The notes under the pieces are model-generated. The model made no database searches. It worked only from the letters and a program-made list of their open reading frames with translations, and was not told the DNA's origin. This document shows, piece after piece, positions 26,902 through 36,992 of a DNA stretch of 64,000 bases (positions are counted from its first letter, which is position 1; the number at the start of each line of letters is the position of its first letter). The translations under genes were made by a program, and so were the position numbers. This DNA is from a virus. The stretch lies in IMG/VR virus record IMGVR_UViG_3300027756_000004. One strand, written 5' to 3'.

Positions 26902-28306
26902 TGAATATTGGATGAATCCAGAAGATTCACAACTGGGCAAATGGCAGAGAGAAATAGAATCAGTCACAGGAACTCCCACTTATTGTATATTGCCTTGGAT
27001 ACATTTTGCCACCAGACCCAACGGTGACATGAGATTGTGTTGTTCGGCCAATGCCAGTGGTGCTGGCTCCAATCACACAGTGGGCATTATTAAAAAAGAA
27101 GATGGCACACCTGCCAACTTTGGAGTAGACACTCCTATGAGTGCTTGGAATAATGATTATATGAAAAGTGTGCGTACCACCATGCTGAAAGGCGAGATAC
27201 CTTCCAGTTGTACCAAGTGTTTTGATGAAGAACGTGTGGGAGTGGTCAGCAAAAGAATTTGGGAGACTGGCACCTGGCATCGTGATGGGGTGGATGTGCC
27301 TGAATTGATACGTCAAACCCAAGAAGATGGCACAGTGCCTGAAAAATTGTTGTATCTAGATTTGCGTTTGGGTCACACTTGTAATATTAAATGTGTGATG
27401 TGTTCTCCACATGACAGCAGCAAGTGGGTGAATGATTGGCAACAGTTGATGCCACAATTGCAAAACAAAGAAGTTAAAGATCAAATACAGTGGGATCGCA
27501 AAGAATTCAATAACTTCTGGCATGAGAAAGATAGCTTTTGGCAAGAAATGTACAAGCAGATACCCAATCTCAAACAGGTTTATTTTGCAGGTGGCGAACC
27601 TCTTATGATCAAAGAACATAAAACATTTATAGAGGAAATAATACGTCAAGGTTATCAAGATCGTATATTGCTGCGTTATAATTCCAATGGCATATTAATA
27701 GATGAAGATCTAATTGAACTATGGAGTAAATTTAAGAAAGTAAAATTTGCTGTCAGCATGGATGCCACACATCAACGAGATGAATATATTCGATTCCCCA
27801 CACAATGGAGCACTGTTGAAAAAAATCTTCGTATGTTGGATAATAGTCCTGACAATATTCAAACCAGTTTGGCCACTGCCATACAAATTTTTAACATTAA
27901 ACACTTGCCGGATTTTATGAAATGGAAGATACAAAGCGGATTTAAAAAATTAAACGCAGGCACTGTACCTGGTGGGGTGCAAATGGGTGGTGGATTGGTC
28001 AACATGCATCTACTTTACATACCTACTTTTTTAAGCATACAAATATTACCCAAAGAAGACAAACAACAAATCAGAGAAATGTTTATGGATTTTAAAGACT
28101 GGTTATGGCACAATTACAGACAAGACGATGATTTTTGGAAGATTAATCCTTATGGTTGGCAGCGTTGGGAAGCAGTGTTGTTGCACATGGAGGCCAAAGA
28201 TCACTCAAGACTGTTGCCCGGATTTAAAGAATATGTGAACAAATTGGATGCTATCAGAGGATTGAGCGCTGCTAAAATTTTTCCAGAATTAGGACATTTA
28301 CTATGA
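26888..28306 (+). CDS. Radical SAM protein with an N-terminal twitch/SPASM-like domain
   Basis: CILPW..NGDMRLCC..CTKC, then CNIKCVMC and FAGGEP. Confidence 0.88.
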   Translation: MTDHNEYWMNPEDSQLGKWQREIESVTGTPTYCILPWIHFATRPNGDMRLCCSANASGAGSNHTVGIIKKEDGTPANFGVDTPMSAWNNDYMKSVRTTMLKGEIPSSCTKCFDEERVGVVSKRIWETGTWHRDGVDVPELIRQTQEDGTVPEKLLYLDLRLGHTCNIKCVMCSPHDSSKWVNDWQQLMPQLQNKEVKDQIQWDRKEFNNFWHEKDSFWQEMYKQIPNLKQVYFAGGEPLMIKEHKTFIEEIIRQGYQDRILLRYNSNGILIDEDLIELWSKFKKVKFAVSMDATHQRDEYIRFPTQWSTVEKNLRMLDNSPDNIQTSLATAIQIFNIKHLPDFMKWKIQSGFKKLNAGTVPGGVQMGGGLVNMHLLYIPTFLSIQILPKEDKQQIREMFMDFKDWLWHNYRQDDDFWKINPYGWQRWEAVLLHMEAKDHSRLLPGFKEYVNKLDAIRGLSAAKIFPELGHLL

Positions 28307-29262
28307 TAACACAGGTGTATAATCCCCAACCCAAAGACGTGTTGCGGCTGGAGTTTATGATAGGCAACACTTGCAATTACAGTTGTTGGTATTGCTTTGA
28401 AGGTTCGCATGAAGGCACACATCGATGGACCAATGACTTGGATCAATTGGTAGCAAACTTTGTGCATCTATTTGATAGATACAAAGCCATTGGCAAACGC
28501 AAATTAGAATTACATATAGTGGGAGGTGAACCCACTTTGTGGCCACAGTTGGGAGAGTTTGTAGAAGAAATACGCAAACAAATTCCGGCTCATATCTCTA
28601 TCAGTAGTAATGGCAGTAGAACGTTAAGATGGTGGGAGCAATACGCTCATGTGTTTGATAAAATTTTATTAAGTTGTCATCATCAACAAGTGCAAGTGGA
28701 AGATTTTATTAAAGTGGCCGACATGTGTCATAAAAAAGGAAGAAGTCCCACAGTTATGATGTTAATGGATCCTACTGCATGGCAAAAATGTTTGGATTTG
28801 ATAGAACAATTGAAAACCAGTAGGCACAAATGGTTCATAGTGGCTATGGAAGTCATGCATAAAACTATTGCATTTACAGATGAACAAAAATTGTTTGTGT
28901 CCAAACCAATCAAACGCATGCCTAATGTGTGGACTTTGTTGCGTCAGTCTAAACACATGAAAGGATCACCCAAAGTAAAATTGCAAGATGGTTCCGTGAA
29001 AACTGTGAATAGAAACTGGATTGTTTTGAATAAACAAAATGATTTTTATGGCTGGATGTGCAATATTGGTGTGGACAGTATGATGATAGACCCTGCAGGT
29101 ATCATCACAGCAGCATGTAGAACAAAGTTATTTGAAGAATACAATATCTATGACAAAGATTTTGTCTACAAATTTAATCCTGATATAAAACCTAAAATTT
29201 GCGATAAAAAAAACACCTGCATGTGCCAACCTGAAAGTTTATTGGATAAATTTAAACTTTAA
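28303..29262 (+). CDS. Radical SAM protein with a C-terminal twitch-like domain
   Basis: CNYSCWYC, GGEPT, SSNG and a C-terminal Cys cluster. Confidence 0.88.
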   Translation: MITQVYNPQPKDVLRLEFMIGNTCNYSCWYCFEGSHEGTHRWTNDLDQLVANFVHLFDRYKAIGKRKLELHIVGGEPTLWPQLGEFVEEIRKQIPAHISISSNGSRTLRWWEQYAHVFDKILLSCHHQQVQVEDFIKVADMCHKKGRSPTVMMLMDPTAWQKCLDLIEQLKTSRHKWFIVAMEVMHKTIAFTDEQKLFVSKPIKRMPNVWTLLRQSKHMKGSPKVKLQDGSVKTVNRNWIVLNKQNDFYGWMCNIGVDSMMIDPAGIITAACRTKLFEEYNIYDKDFVYKFNPDIKPKICDKKNTCMCQPESLLDKFKL

Positions 29263-30148
29263 TTTTTGTAATATTGATATCAGCAGCACACGTACACCAG
29301 GTACGAGTGCAATCAATGGGATTAAGAGGACGCACAAAAGTGCCTTGATAGATGTTACCCAAACTGCCACCCACTCTACATGTGGCTCTGTGTACTTCAC
29401 CATCCCAATTGATCATGAGACTTTCCATTCCAGCCATGCAACTCCATCCTTGGAATTGATTGGTCTTGTTGATCAACAGATCATTCACGTTGCATTCCAC
29501 AGTGTCATCTATGATAGTGTTTTTTGGTGGAGTATGATTGCTGACTGCCAAAAATTCTTTTTCTTCTTCACTGTAATGAATCATGTCTTCAAAATCGTCA
29601 TGTGTTTTGGTCCAACGTATAGGTCTTAATGCATAGGGTATGTTGTGTTCTAAAAGAGCCTTGCAAGCGTCTTTAACGTCTTTTAAATGCCCTGGCAGCA
29701 TCATCATATGCACTAGAACATTTTTGTTGGTGGACTGTTTATAAACCTTGATAATTGTGTTTATGACCTTCAGCCAATCAGATTCAAAATGCACACTGAA
29801 CACAATGTGATTGATTTGATTTTCCAAAATATTTTGATAGAATTCCACAGTTCTAGTGCCATTAGTGGTGATGTTAATCCAACCAATTTGTTTTTTGGCA
29901 TGTTGTAATAACTGTTCTATGTCTGGATGTACACAAGGTTCGCCGCCTGTGAAACTGATTCGCACATTGGGTATGGCTCCTAAAATATCCACAGTGCGTT
30001 TTAATATCTTTATGTCTGTGTGTTCACTGTGATTGTCATGTATTTCCGCTGGACAATAACTACAATCCAAATTGCATCGTTTACCAAGATTCCATTCCAC
30101 TTTGACGCTGTTTCTAATGTGTGTGTGTAAGTGTTGAATTTTAAACAT
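29252..30148 (-). CDS. Radical SAM protein with a C-terminal SPASM/twitch domain
   Basis: CNLDCSYC, TGGEP, TTNGT and C..G..C..GNI...C....C.C. Confidence 0.88.
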   Translation of the reverse strand: MFKIQHLHTHIRNSVKVEWNLGKRCNLDCSYCPAEIHDNHSEHTDIKILKRTVDILGAIPNVRISFTGGEPCVHPDIEQLLQHAKKQIGWINITTNGTRTVEFYQNILENQINHIVFSVHFESDWLKVINTIIKVYKQSTNKNVLVHMMMLPGHLKDVKDACKALLEHNIPYALRPIRWTKTHDDFEDMIHYSEEEKEFLAVSNHTPPKNTIIDDTVECNVNDLLINKTNQFQGWSCMAGMESLMINWDGEVHRATCRVGGSLGNIYQGTFVRPLNPIDCTRTWCTCAADINITKIKV

Positions 30149-31409
30149 AATCAGCAAACTCCGGATTTATTTTTTCAAATGGACCTTGATTTCTTGTGAT
30201 GTCTAATTTGCGATTAAAGTCCACACAATCCGCCCAGTATTGATTAAGATCTCTGGCTTTTAAAAAATTAATGTTGTCCTGTATTTGTTGTAAAGTAATT
30301 TTTTCCAATATTGGATGTTGTTTAATTAAAGCATAGTCTTTTATTAGAGGTTTCATTGCTTCCAGTTTGTCTATCACTTGATTTTTTAATTTTGTAGGTA
30401 ACACTTGTGCATTCAATGCTCTGGGATAAGTGACTCTATGACTGTAAAACACAATGCCCAAATCATTTAAAAAATAATCAATCACACGGTCTATTTGCAA
30501 GATATTATTGGCTTGCACTGTGAATGCTCCCACTATTCTGCTCACTGTGGGTATTTGTTTTATAATTTTGATGTTGTTGACCACATCCATAAATTTGCCA
30601 TTGCCTCTTATATATTCGTAAGTGTCAAAGATTCCATCAATACTCACATTCACTGCTACACTTTTAAACTTGGGCCAATACTCTTGTATGGTTCTGCCAC
30701 CTTTGATGCCCAATATTGTGCCGTTGGTGGCATATTTAAGTTCAATGTTGGATCCATTGGTGCTCAATAAATCTAATATTTTGTAATGTGTGGGATCCAT
30801 CAAAGGTTCACCACCAGCAAACTCAACACGTTTAAAATGAGGAATAAGTTTTTTTAAATTGTCCCAAAAATGTGGCTTGTCTTCAAACAGATCCACATGC
30901 GGCGCTTGTGTCAAACCTAGATCCTCTACGGCCTTAACCAAATAATTGCCTTCTTTTTTGTAGTGATCCACTATGCTGTTCCAATCTTTCCATTGTGTGC
31001 TGTCCAGTGGATTACACATACGACATTTTAAATTGCAAAGATTGTTAATTTTAATTTCCATAGTGGGCAATTCAAAAGGCATGGAGTAATCTTGCTGTAA
31101 ATTGTCCAATGCAGTGGGATATAGATTAATTCTTGATTCTGGTGTAGCATCACTGATGTGTCTCAGTCTTAAACTTTGCACTCCTTGATCTTCTAAATCA
31201 AAGCAGGGCGCACACACATCTGGTTTTTCATTGTTTAGCACTTGACGTCGAACCTGTTTCATTTTTTCATTGTTCCATGCTTGTTCCATGGTTTCATGCT
31301 GTATGTTGCCAATAGGCAAACTTCTGCAACACACTTTAATAGCACCATCTTCTCTAGTAGCAAGACCTGTAAATGGATGCATGCAAAATGTACAACTGTT
31401 ATTTTTCAT
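30141..31409 (-). CDS. Radical SAM protein with an N-terminal twitch domain
   Basis: CMHPF..DGAIKVCC..CAPC, CNLKCRMC and FAGGEP. Confidence 0.88.
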   Translation of the reverse strand: MKNNSCTFCMHPFTGLATREDGAIKVCCRSLPIGNIQHETMEQAWNNEKMKQVRRQVLNNEKPDVCAPCFDLEDQGVQSLRLRHISDATPESRINLYPTALDNLQQDYSMPFELPTMEIKINNLCNLKCRMCNPLDSTQWKDWNSIVDHYKKEGNYLVKAVEDLGLTQAPHVDLFEDKPHFWDNLKKLIPHFKRVEFAGGEPLMDPTHYKILDLLSTNGSNIELKYATNGTILGIKGGRTIQEYWPKFKSVAVNVSIDGIFDTYEYIRGNGKFMDVVNNIKIIKQIPTVSRIVGAFTVQANNILQIDRVIDYFLNDLGIVFYSHRVTYPRALNAQVLPTKLKNQVIDKLEAMKPLIKDYALIKQHPILEKITLQQIQDNINFLKARDLNQYWADCVDFNRKLDITRNQGPFEKINPEFADYV

Positions 31410-32010
31410 TTTTCTTTCCTACAATCATAAATCTTTTGTATTTCTCTGTTTGTAATTCACTGGGTTCTACTATAGGATACAATTTACTTTGTGCAACAAA
31501 CTGATTTAAATCTTTCATAGGATTCACATGTTCAGGAATCACATAGTCATTGCTTTGCAACACTATAATTTTATCATTAGGTATCAATTTGAGCCATTCA
31601 TTGTATTGTTCTTGGGTGAGATGTTCGCACACTGTGTTGATAATCATGTCATAACGATCATAATCTTTGTATGAAAGCATATTGGCAGTAATGGCATTGA
31701 ACTTGCCTGAAATTTCATACTGTTTGTTCATGGTATGAGCAATGCTTTTACATTTATGGTCTATGTCTATGCTGGTAATCTTGTTCACATACAGATCACT
31801 GTTGAACAACAGTGTGGCCATCACACCATACCATCCGCCACAGATTAAAATGTCCATGCTGTGTGCTCTGGGTAATTTTTTTAATTGTTCAATCAACCAT
31901 ACTTTGCTGTTGATTTGACCTTTCCAGAAACTTTCCAGTGTGCGATATCTATCATCAGACTGTCTGATAGCATCCATCCAAAATAAAACGTCTTGTATAT
32001 TAATTTTCAA
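31399..32010 (-). CDS. Class I SAM-dependent methyltransferase-like protein
   Basis: ILICGGWYG motif I, SIDID and INTVCEH. Start uncertain (TTG 32010 proposed). Confidence 0.65.
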   Translation of the reverse strand: MKINIQDVLFWMDAIRQSDDRYRTLESFWKGQINSKVWLIEQLKKLPRAHSMDILICGGWYGVMATLLFNSDLYVNKITSIDIDHKCKSIAHTMNKQYEISGKFNAITANMLSYKDYDRYDMIINTVCEHLTQEQYNEWLKLIPNDKIIVLQSNDYVIPEHVNPMKDLNQFVAQSKLYPIVEPSELQTEKYKRFMIVGKKNEK

Positions 32011-32989
32011 CAAATTGCGCTCCCAGTTTATCAAATGAACCACATTGTTTGGTGCATTCTTTCAATCCCACTGTGCCCCATTGGGATTCGATCTTACTAA
32101 AATAGCCACTATCAAATATTTCCTCCAGCGTTTGACGATGTAAGTTAGGAAATTGCGAAATTTTTTCCATGTAATCTATTCTTGATTCTTGCATAGGGGG
32201 AATCCATTCCATATCCAACCAACAGCAAGGCGACACATTACCACAAGCACTCACATATATCTGTTTGTGCTTTTGTGCTTTACACACTATGTGTGGTCTT
32301 ACTTCTTTTTGTGATTGTTCAATCAATGGAATCATATCAAAACTGGTTTGAGTGGGAGCAATCTTATGTGTGGGTCTACCTTGTTCATCCAACACTTGAT
32401 GAAAATCTGTTTTGAATCTACTAGTGTGCTTGATACTGAAATCTGCAAAGCCCATTTGTTTGCTCATAGCTCTTGCTTGTTCAATTTGATGTTCGTTGTG
32501 AGCAAACACCAACATGTGCCATTTGGCCACTCCCCCTGCTGCGATAAATGCCTCAGCATTCTGCATGATCTTGTCAAAATCTGTGCTGATCCTGTACAAG
32601 TGATTGGTATCTTTCAAACCATCCAATCCAAATGTAACTTTTACCTTTAATTGTGCCAGTCTCTTCCACCAGTCAGTGTCTCTAGCACTGCCGTTGGTGT
32701 GCATGGCCAATCTAATGTAAGGATTAGTGTCTCTAAGATACTGGTAAATTTCCAAAGTGTCTTTGGACACTATAGGATCTCCCAAATTACCACACATGAA
32801 CAAACTGTGTAATTGTTTTACAAATTTTTCTGTGAACCATTGTTTAAATTGTGCCACAGTGATCTCTTCCAACTTGATAAACGGATTCAAAGGACCTCCA
32901 TTGATTCTTCTAGGACACATAGGACATTTGGCCTGACACTTGCTGGTTATTTCCAAGTGAATATCTCTTATGTCTTCATATCTATACAT
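32000..32989 (-). CDS. Radical SAM protein with a C-terminal SPASM/twitch domain
   Basis: LEITSKCQAKCPMC, GNLGDP, HTNG and PCC...C...C. Confidence 0.88.
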   Translation of the reverse strand: MYRYEDIRDIHLEITSKCQAKCPMCPRRINGGPLNPFIKLEEITVAQFKQWFTEKFVKQLHSLFMCGNLGDPIVSKDTLEIYQYLRDTNPYIRLAMHTNGSARDTDWWKRLAQLKVKVTFGLDGLKDTNHLYRISTDFDKIMQNAEAFIAAGGVAKWHMLVFAHNEHQIEQARAMSKQMGFADFSIKHTSRFKTDFHQVLDEQGRPTHKIAPTQTSFDMIPLIEQSQKEVRPHIVCKAQKHKQIYVSACGNVSPCCWLDMEWIPPMQESRIDYMEKISQFPNLHRQTLEEIFDSGYFSKIESQWGTVGLKECTKQCGSFDKLGAQFVEN

Positions 32990-33983
32990 GTCGAGCCTTA
33001 GGTATTTTGCTATCTGCAGAACTCACACAAGTGGGAGTCACACAAATTTTTGGTTTATCAAACAGTTTAAACCCTTGTTCTATACTGCCCAGTGGCTCAT
33101 CATGGCAACTGTAACTGCGTTTGATTTCTCCGCCTGGCTCTCTAATGATACAACTTTGATATCCAGCATTACAGTACCAGCCTTGAAACTTGTTGAAACC
33201 AAAAGCATTAAATCGCTCTGCCTGATCTAGATAGTACTTATTGCCTTGTGCGTCTTGCATTTCGATTTGAAATAGATCCTTGTATTTTTCACCTTCCTGT
33301 ATGCGTTGTGGAAATCCTGTCTGCAATGTGTTCAATTGTGCAGCACTGTAACCCTCTACCACATGACTGGCAGTGGGATCACTCTGTGGTTTCAGCGTGA
33401 CGTTGATGCCTCTGGAATGGAATCTAGCACATCTGTCATAGTATTCTTCAAATCTATTGGGCACCATCACTTGATTGATTGTGACAAACACATTGTTCTT
33501 CATCAACAGCAATATTTTATCTCCAAATTTTTGTTCGTCTGAAAATTCTGCATGAAAACTGGCAGTGATGCTGCGACGGTTCAATGACTTTGTAGCTTCC
33601 AACCATCGATGCCACCATTTTTCCGAAGGACTAAGGTTGGTGGTCATGTGAATACTCTGATATTCTGGAGCAGTATCAGCACTGTAGTGTTTGATCAACT
33701 GTAAAAAATCTTTGTAGGCAGTGGGTTCTCCGCCTGAAAAACTGAAATGATAGTCTGTGAATCCATTCTGTCTAGCCTGTCGTTTGATTTCATCCACCAC
33801 TGCTGTGTAGACAGCCAGTGGTCTGTGGTCTTTTTGCTTGCTCTTGGCATAAGGCCAACAGTATGAGCAATCATAGTTGCAAAATCTTGCTAGTATCCAG
33901 CTCACAGAAAATAATTTGCTGTGCAACATGGTGCGTTGTCCAAAGTTTGTGATGCGATCAAATGGAATGTTGGTGTCTATCAT
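32982..33983 (-). CDS. Radical SAM protein with a C-terminal twitch-like domain
   Basis: CNYDCSYC, SGGEPT, TTN and C-terminal Cys residues. ATG 33983 overlaps the upstream TGA. Confidence 0.88.
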   Translation of the reverse strand: MIDTNIPFDRITNFGQRTMLHSKLFSVSWILARFCNYDCSYCWPYAKSKQKDHRPLAVYTAVVDEIKRQARQNGFTDYHFSFSGGEPTAYKDFLQLIKHYSADTAPEYQSIHMTTNLSPSEKWWHRWLEATKSLNRRSITASFHAEFSDEQKFGDKILLLMKNNVFVTINQVMVPNRFEEYYDRCARFHSRGINVTLKPQSDPTASHVVEGYSAAQLNTLQTGFPQRIQEGEKYKDLFQIEMQDAQGNKYYLDQAERFNAFGFNKFQGWYCNAGYQSCIIREPGGEIKRSYSCHDEPLGSIEQGFKLFDKPKICVTPTCVSSADSKIPKARHV

Positions 33984-34684
33984 AAAATTTCTTTCTCCAT
34001 GTGAGGAAATTGTCCCACAAAAGTCAATTTTAACCATTCAAAGTTGTTGATCATTCTCAGTGCTTGCGGATCCAATTGATGTTGCGTTCCATACACTCTG
34101 CCTGCCAATGCTCCTGCTATGGCATACTCCCCATAAGGTTGATCTGCTCCAACAGTGCACCATACATTGAGTCTTTTTTCAGTTTCTTTGTCCACCTGAC
34201 GATCAATCACTTTGCTGCTGAGCTTGACACACTCTCTAAAAGCACTTTTCCAAGAAGCAAAAGGATCTGTGTTGAAGGCAGTGACGTTGGAAATTTCTGG
34301 TATGGCTTTGAATCTATCTGTGATGCTGGTGGTCATGTCTATGCTGTTAACGTTCATCTGCATGGTGAGTCTTTTGGGCAACAATTTTACTCCTCCATAT
34401 CCATATTCTAATTCGTTGATAGGATTTTTGCTTCTCCACACATGCACCACCTCTTGATTGTATTGGTCTGGTGCATAGTCAAAACAAAAACTTGGTTCTA
34501 CCAGTGCATCTGCATCAACCACCCAAAACATCTTGGTCAAAGCCAGCGTGGCTGCAGCAATATGTGCCTGTTGTATGCCTCTCACTCCATGCACTCTCTG
34601 TGATATAGCAAATCTTTGTTTCAACTGCCTATAATTTTGTTCAGCACTGGATTCATTGTAACTGATAAAAAAAATATCGTACAT
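33980..34684 (-). CDS. GT-A fold glycosyltransferase-like protein
   Basis: DIFFISYNE and FWVVDAD (DxD). Paralogue of the next gene. Confidence 0.6.
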   Translation of the reverse strand: MYDIFFISYNESSAEQNYRQLKQRFAISQRVHGVRGIQQAHIAAATLALTKMFWVVDADALVEPSFCFDYAPDQYNQEVVHVWRSKNPINELEYGYGGVKLLPKRLTMQMNVNSIDMTTSITDRFKAIPEISNVTAFNTDPFASWKSAFRECVKLSSKVIDRQVDKETEKRLNVWCTVGADQPYGEYAIAGALAGRVYGTQHQLDPQALRMINNFEWLKLTFVGQFPHMEKEIL

Positions 34685-35592
34685 TATATGGTCTTTCTAA
34701 TAGTTCTAGGTGTATTCACATACAAGTTTTTAAAAAATTCACTTGCTTGAGCATCCAATGGTTCAACGGGAAAGTTCATTTGATGTTGTTTTTTAATTTT
34801 TTCTCCATACAATAAGCATAATTTTTTGGCATCTTCTATATTACACTTGTCATTATTGCTCACACTGCCCCACATCTGATCTAATATTTTAAAATCTCTC
34901 ACTTCTTTAAAGTGCCATGGCGTACATAGTGTCCTATAGCAGCCTTCTCTAGCACCAGCTATGGCCCAAATGCCGTTTTCTACATCCTGACCCACAGTCA
35001 TCCATATCAATAATCTGTGATAGTTCTGCCACCATATGTCTTTGAGGTCTTTGATTCTTAAATTTTTATTGATGCTCATCTTAACTCCTTCTCTAAACCC
35101 TGCTCTCCAGGCCTGTTTGGGAGAACCATTGATATAACTGGTGCTGTAGTTTTCATTGAATTGATATAGTTTATTGAAATAACAAAATTCTACTTCATTA
35201 CTGTCATTACCTGTGTAATTTTCATGGGTTTTCATCTCTTTAACAAATGTTCTTGTCCAAAGTTTCAAACTGCCATTGCCATATTTGAGTCCATTCACAT
35301 TAATATGACCACTCCAACTGAATATCCAACTGGAGTCCATGCCCATTGATTCTAAATCCAATACCACATCTAATATCTTTGGATTAATTTGAGTGTCCCC
35401 ATCCACTGTTAAAAAATATTCTGTGTGAGACAGTTCAGCACAGGCTTTGTGTGCTGTGTCTGATCCTTCTACACCATGCACTCGCTTGGCCCAAGGCACT
35501 ATTTGTTTAAGTGCTGCATAATTTTTTTCGCAGTTGGGCTCGTCATAACTTAAAAATATAATATCACAGTCCTTAATAGCAATCTTATTCAT
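34684..35592 (-). CDS. GT-A fold glycosyltransferase-like protein
   Basis: DIIFLSYDE and FLTVDGD (DxD). ATG 35592 in an ATGAATAA overlap. Confidence 0.6.
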   Translation of the reverse strand: MNKIAIKDCDIIFLSYDEPNCEKNYAALKQIVPWAKRVHGVEGSDTAHKACAELSHTEYFLTVDGDTQINPKILDVVLDLESMGMDSSWIFSWSGHINVNGLKYGNGSLKLWTRTFVKEMKTHENYTGNDSNEVEFCYFNKLYQFNENYSTSYINGSPKQAWRAGFREGVKMSINKNLRIKDLKDIWWQNYHRLLIWMTVGQDVENGIWAIAGAREGCYRTLCTPWHFKEVRDFKILDQMWGSVSNNDKCNIEDAKKLCLLYGEKIKKQHQMNFPVEPLDAQASEFFKNLYVNTPRTIRKTI

Positions 35593-36160
35593 ATACCTTC
35601 TCCAATGAATAATCAAAGATTTTTTTACAATAGATATCCACTTCATGCATAGGTTGATAATCAATGTTTATACTATTTTGATTAATTAAATCAAAAAGAT
35701 TAATTTCAAATACTCTGTCCAACTGAGTAGCATCATACTTTTTGCAACTGTAAAAATTATGTATTCTTTGATTTTGCTCTGACACAATTGTTTTAAGTGT
35801 GTTTTTGAAATCTTCATCCACTGAAAATTCAATCTTGCCTTGTTTTTCAAATATTCTTATAAGGATACCTGTATGATTTGGTGATTTTATAGGCACTCTA
35901 TAAACATCTTTGTTAATTATGGGGTCAATATTATTTTTAGTTAAGCTATTTGCTTTATCTACCACTCCATGCTTGCGAAATTTATAGACTCCTTCGCTGT
36001 ACTGCACTATGTAATTGCTCATAGATTCAATACCCATAATAAATTTTTCTCCCAGTGCCACATCTATAGCAATAGCGTTTAAAGATTTTTGTACAGAACA
36101 TCCTAATATTTTTCCTGATTCAGGATTAAATGTCACATACATGTTATTTGACTCTTTCAT
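35585..36160 (-). CDS. Hypothetical protein
   Basis: ORF in operon order. Start is 36160 or 36142. Confidence 0.6.
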   Translation of the reverse strand: MKESNNMYVTFNPESGKILGCSVQKSLNAIAIDVALGEKFIMGIESMSNYIVQYSEGVYKFRKHGVVDKANSLTKNNIDPIINKDVYRVPIKSPNHTGILIRIFEKQGKIEFSVDEDFKNTLKTIVSEQNQRIHNFYSCKKYDATQLDRVFEINLFDLINQNSINIDYQPMHEVDIYCKKIFDYSLEKVYE

Positions 36161-36992
36161 AATATTTTTTTTCAATAGTTTTTAACAAGTCGTTGCTTAA
36201 AAACTCATCTTCAACATAGTGCAAAAGACCAGTTTGACTGAAATTGCCAATTTTAATATTCATTTGTGCATCAAAGTACACATTTACTTTTTCTAACCAG
36301 TTGTTAGGCACATAATCCCAATTTTGTAAATGTGGTTTCATGTGTGTGAAAGTGATTGAAGGATGTTTGCTGGTAATTTTTCCTGTGACTCCTAATATTT
36401 TACTGGTCAAAGCCACACTGACATCCATGCTGCACCAAGTTTGTTGATCCTTGGGTGTAAATTCTTTATAAAATAAATTAGGATTCTTTACAATGTGAGA
36501 TAATAGATCAACAAATTTATAATTTTCTTTGTTGTGATGATAATAATGCATGCCACAATACAGGTTGGGTAAATCATTGTGGGTAAAAGTTTTGCGATAA
36601 AAATCACTTTCACATGATTCTCCTCTGTAATTTTCTACTTGGCTGGGAAAATACATGGGATAATTTTTTAAATAATTCCACCAATAGCTGATATCACTCA
36701 ACAGCAGCATGTCAGCATCTAAGATTATGGTACGTTCGAATGGTGTGCATTGATATATCTTGTATCTATTCTGAATTTTCCAATCTTGATCTGCAGCTTC
36801 ATCATTGCCTGGAATATCCAACACATGGTCAAACACTTTGTGCATGCTGGGAGTAATGTTTGAATTGGTTATGAGGCATACCTTACTGGTGGGCATTTGA
36901 ATTTTGATGCTCATAGCCAAAGCATAGGCTTGTCTGGCATAGTCTGTGCTGTCATTGTGTTGTGCAAAAATACAAAAGCCCTGTGAGGTCAT
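36144..36992 (-). CDS. Glycosyltransferase-like protein (GT8-like)
   Basis: AYALAMSIK, TPFERTIILDADML (DxD) and THMK. Confidence 0.65.
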   Translation of the reverse strand: MTSQGFCIFAQHNDSTDYARQAYALAMSIKIQMPTSKVCLITNSNITPSMHKVFDHVLDIPGNDEAADQDWKIQNRYKIYQCTPFERTIILDADMLLLSDISYWWNYLKNYPMYFPSQVENYRGESCESDFYRKTFTHNDLPNLYCGMHYYHHNKENYKFVDLLSHIVKNPNLFYKEFTPKDQQTWCSMDVSVALTSKILGVTGKITSKHPSITFTHMKPHLQNWDYVPNNWLEKVNVYFDAQMNIKIGNFSQTGLLHYVEDEFLSNDLLKTIEKKYYERVK

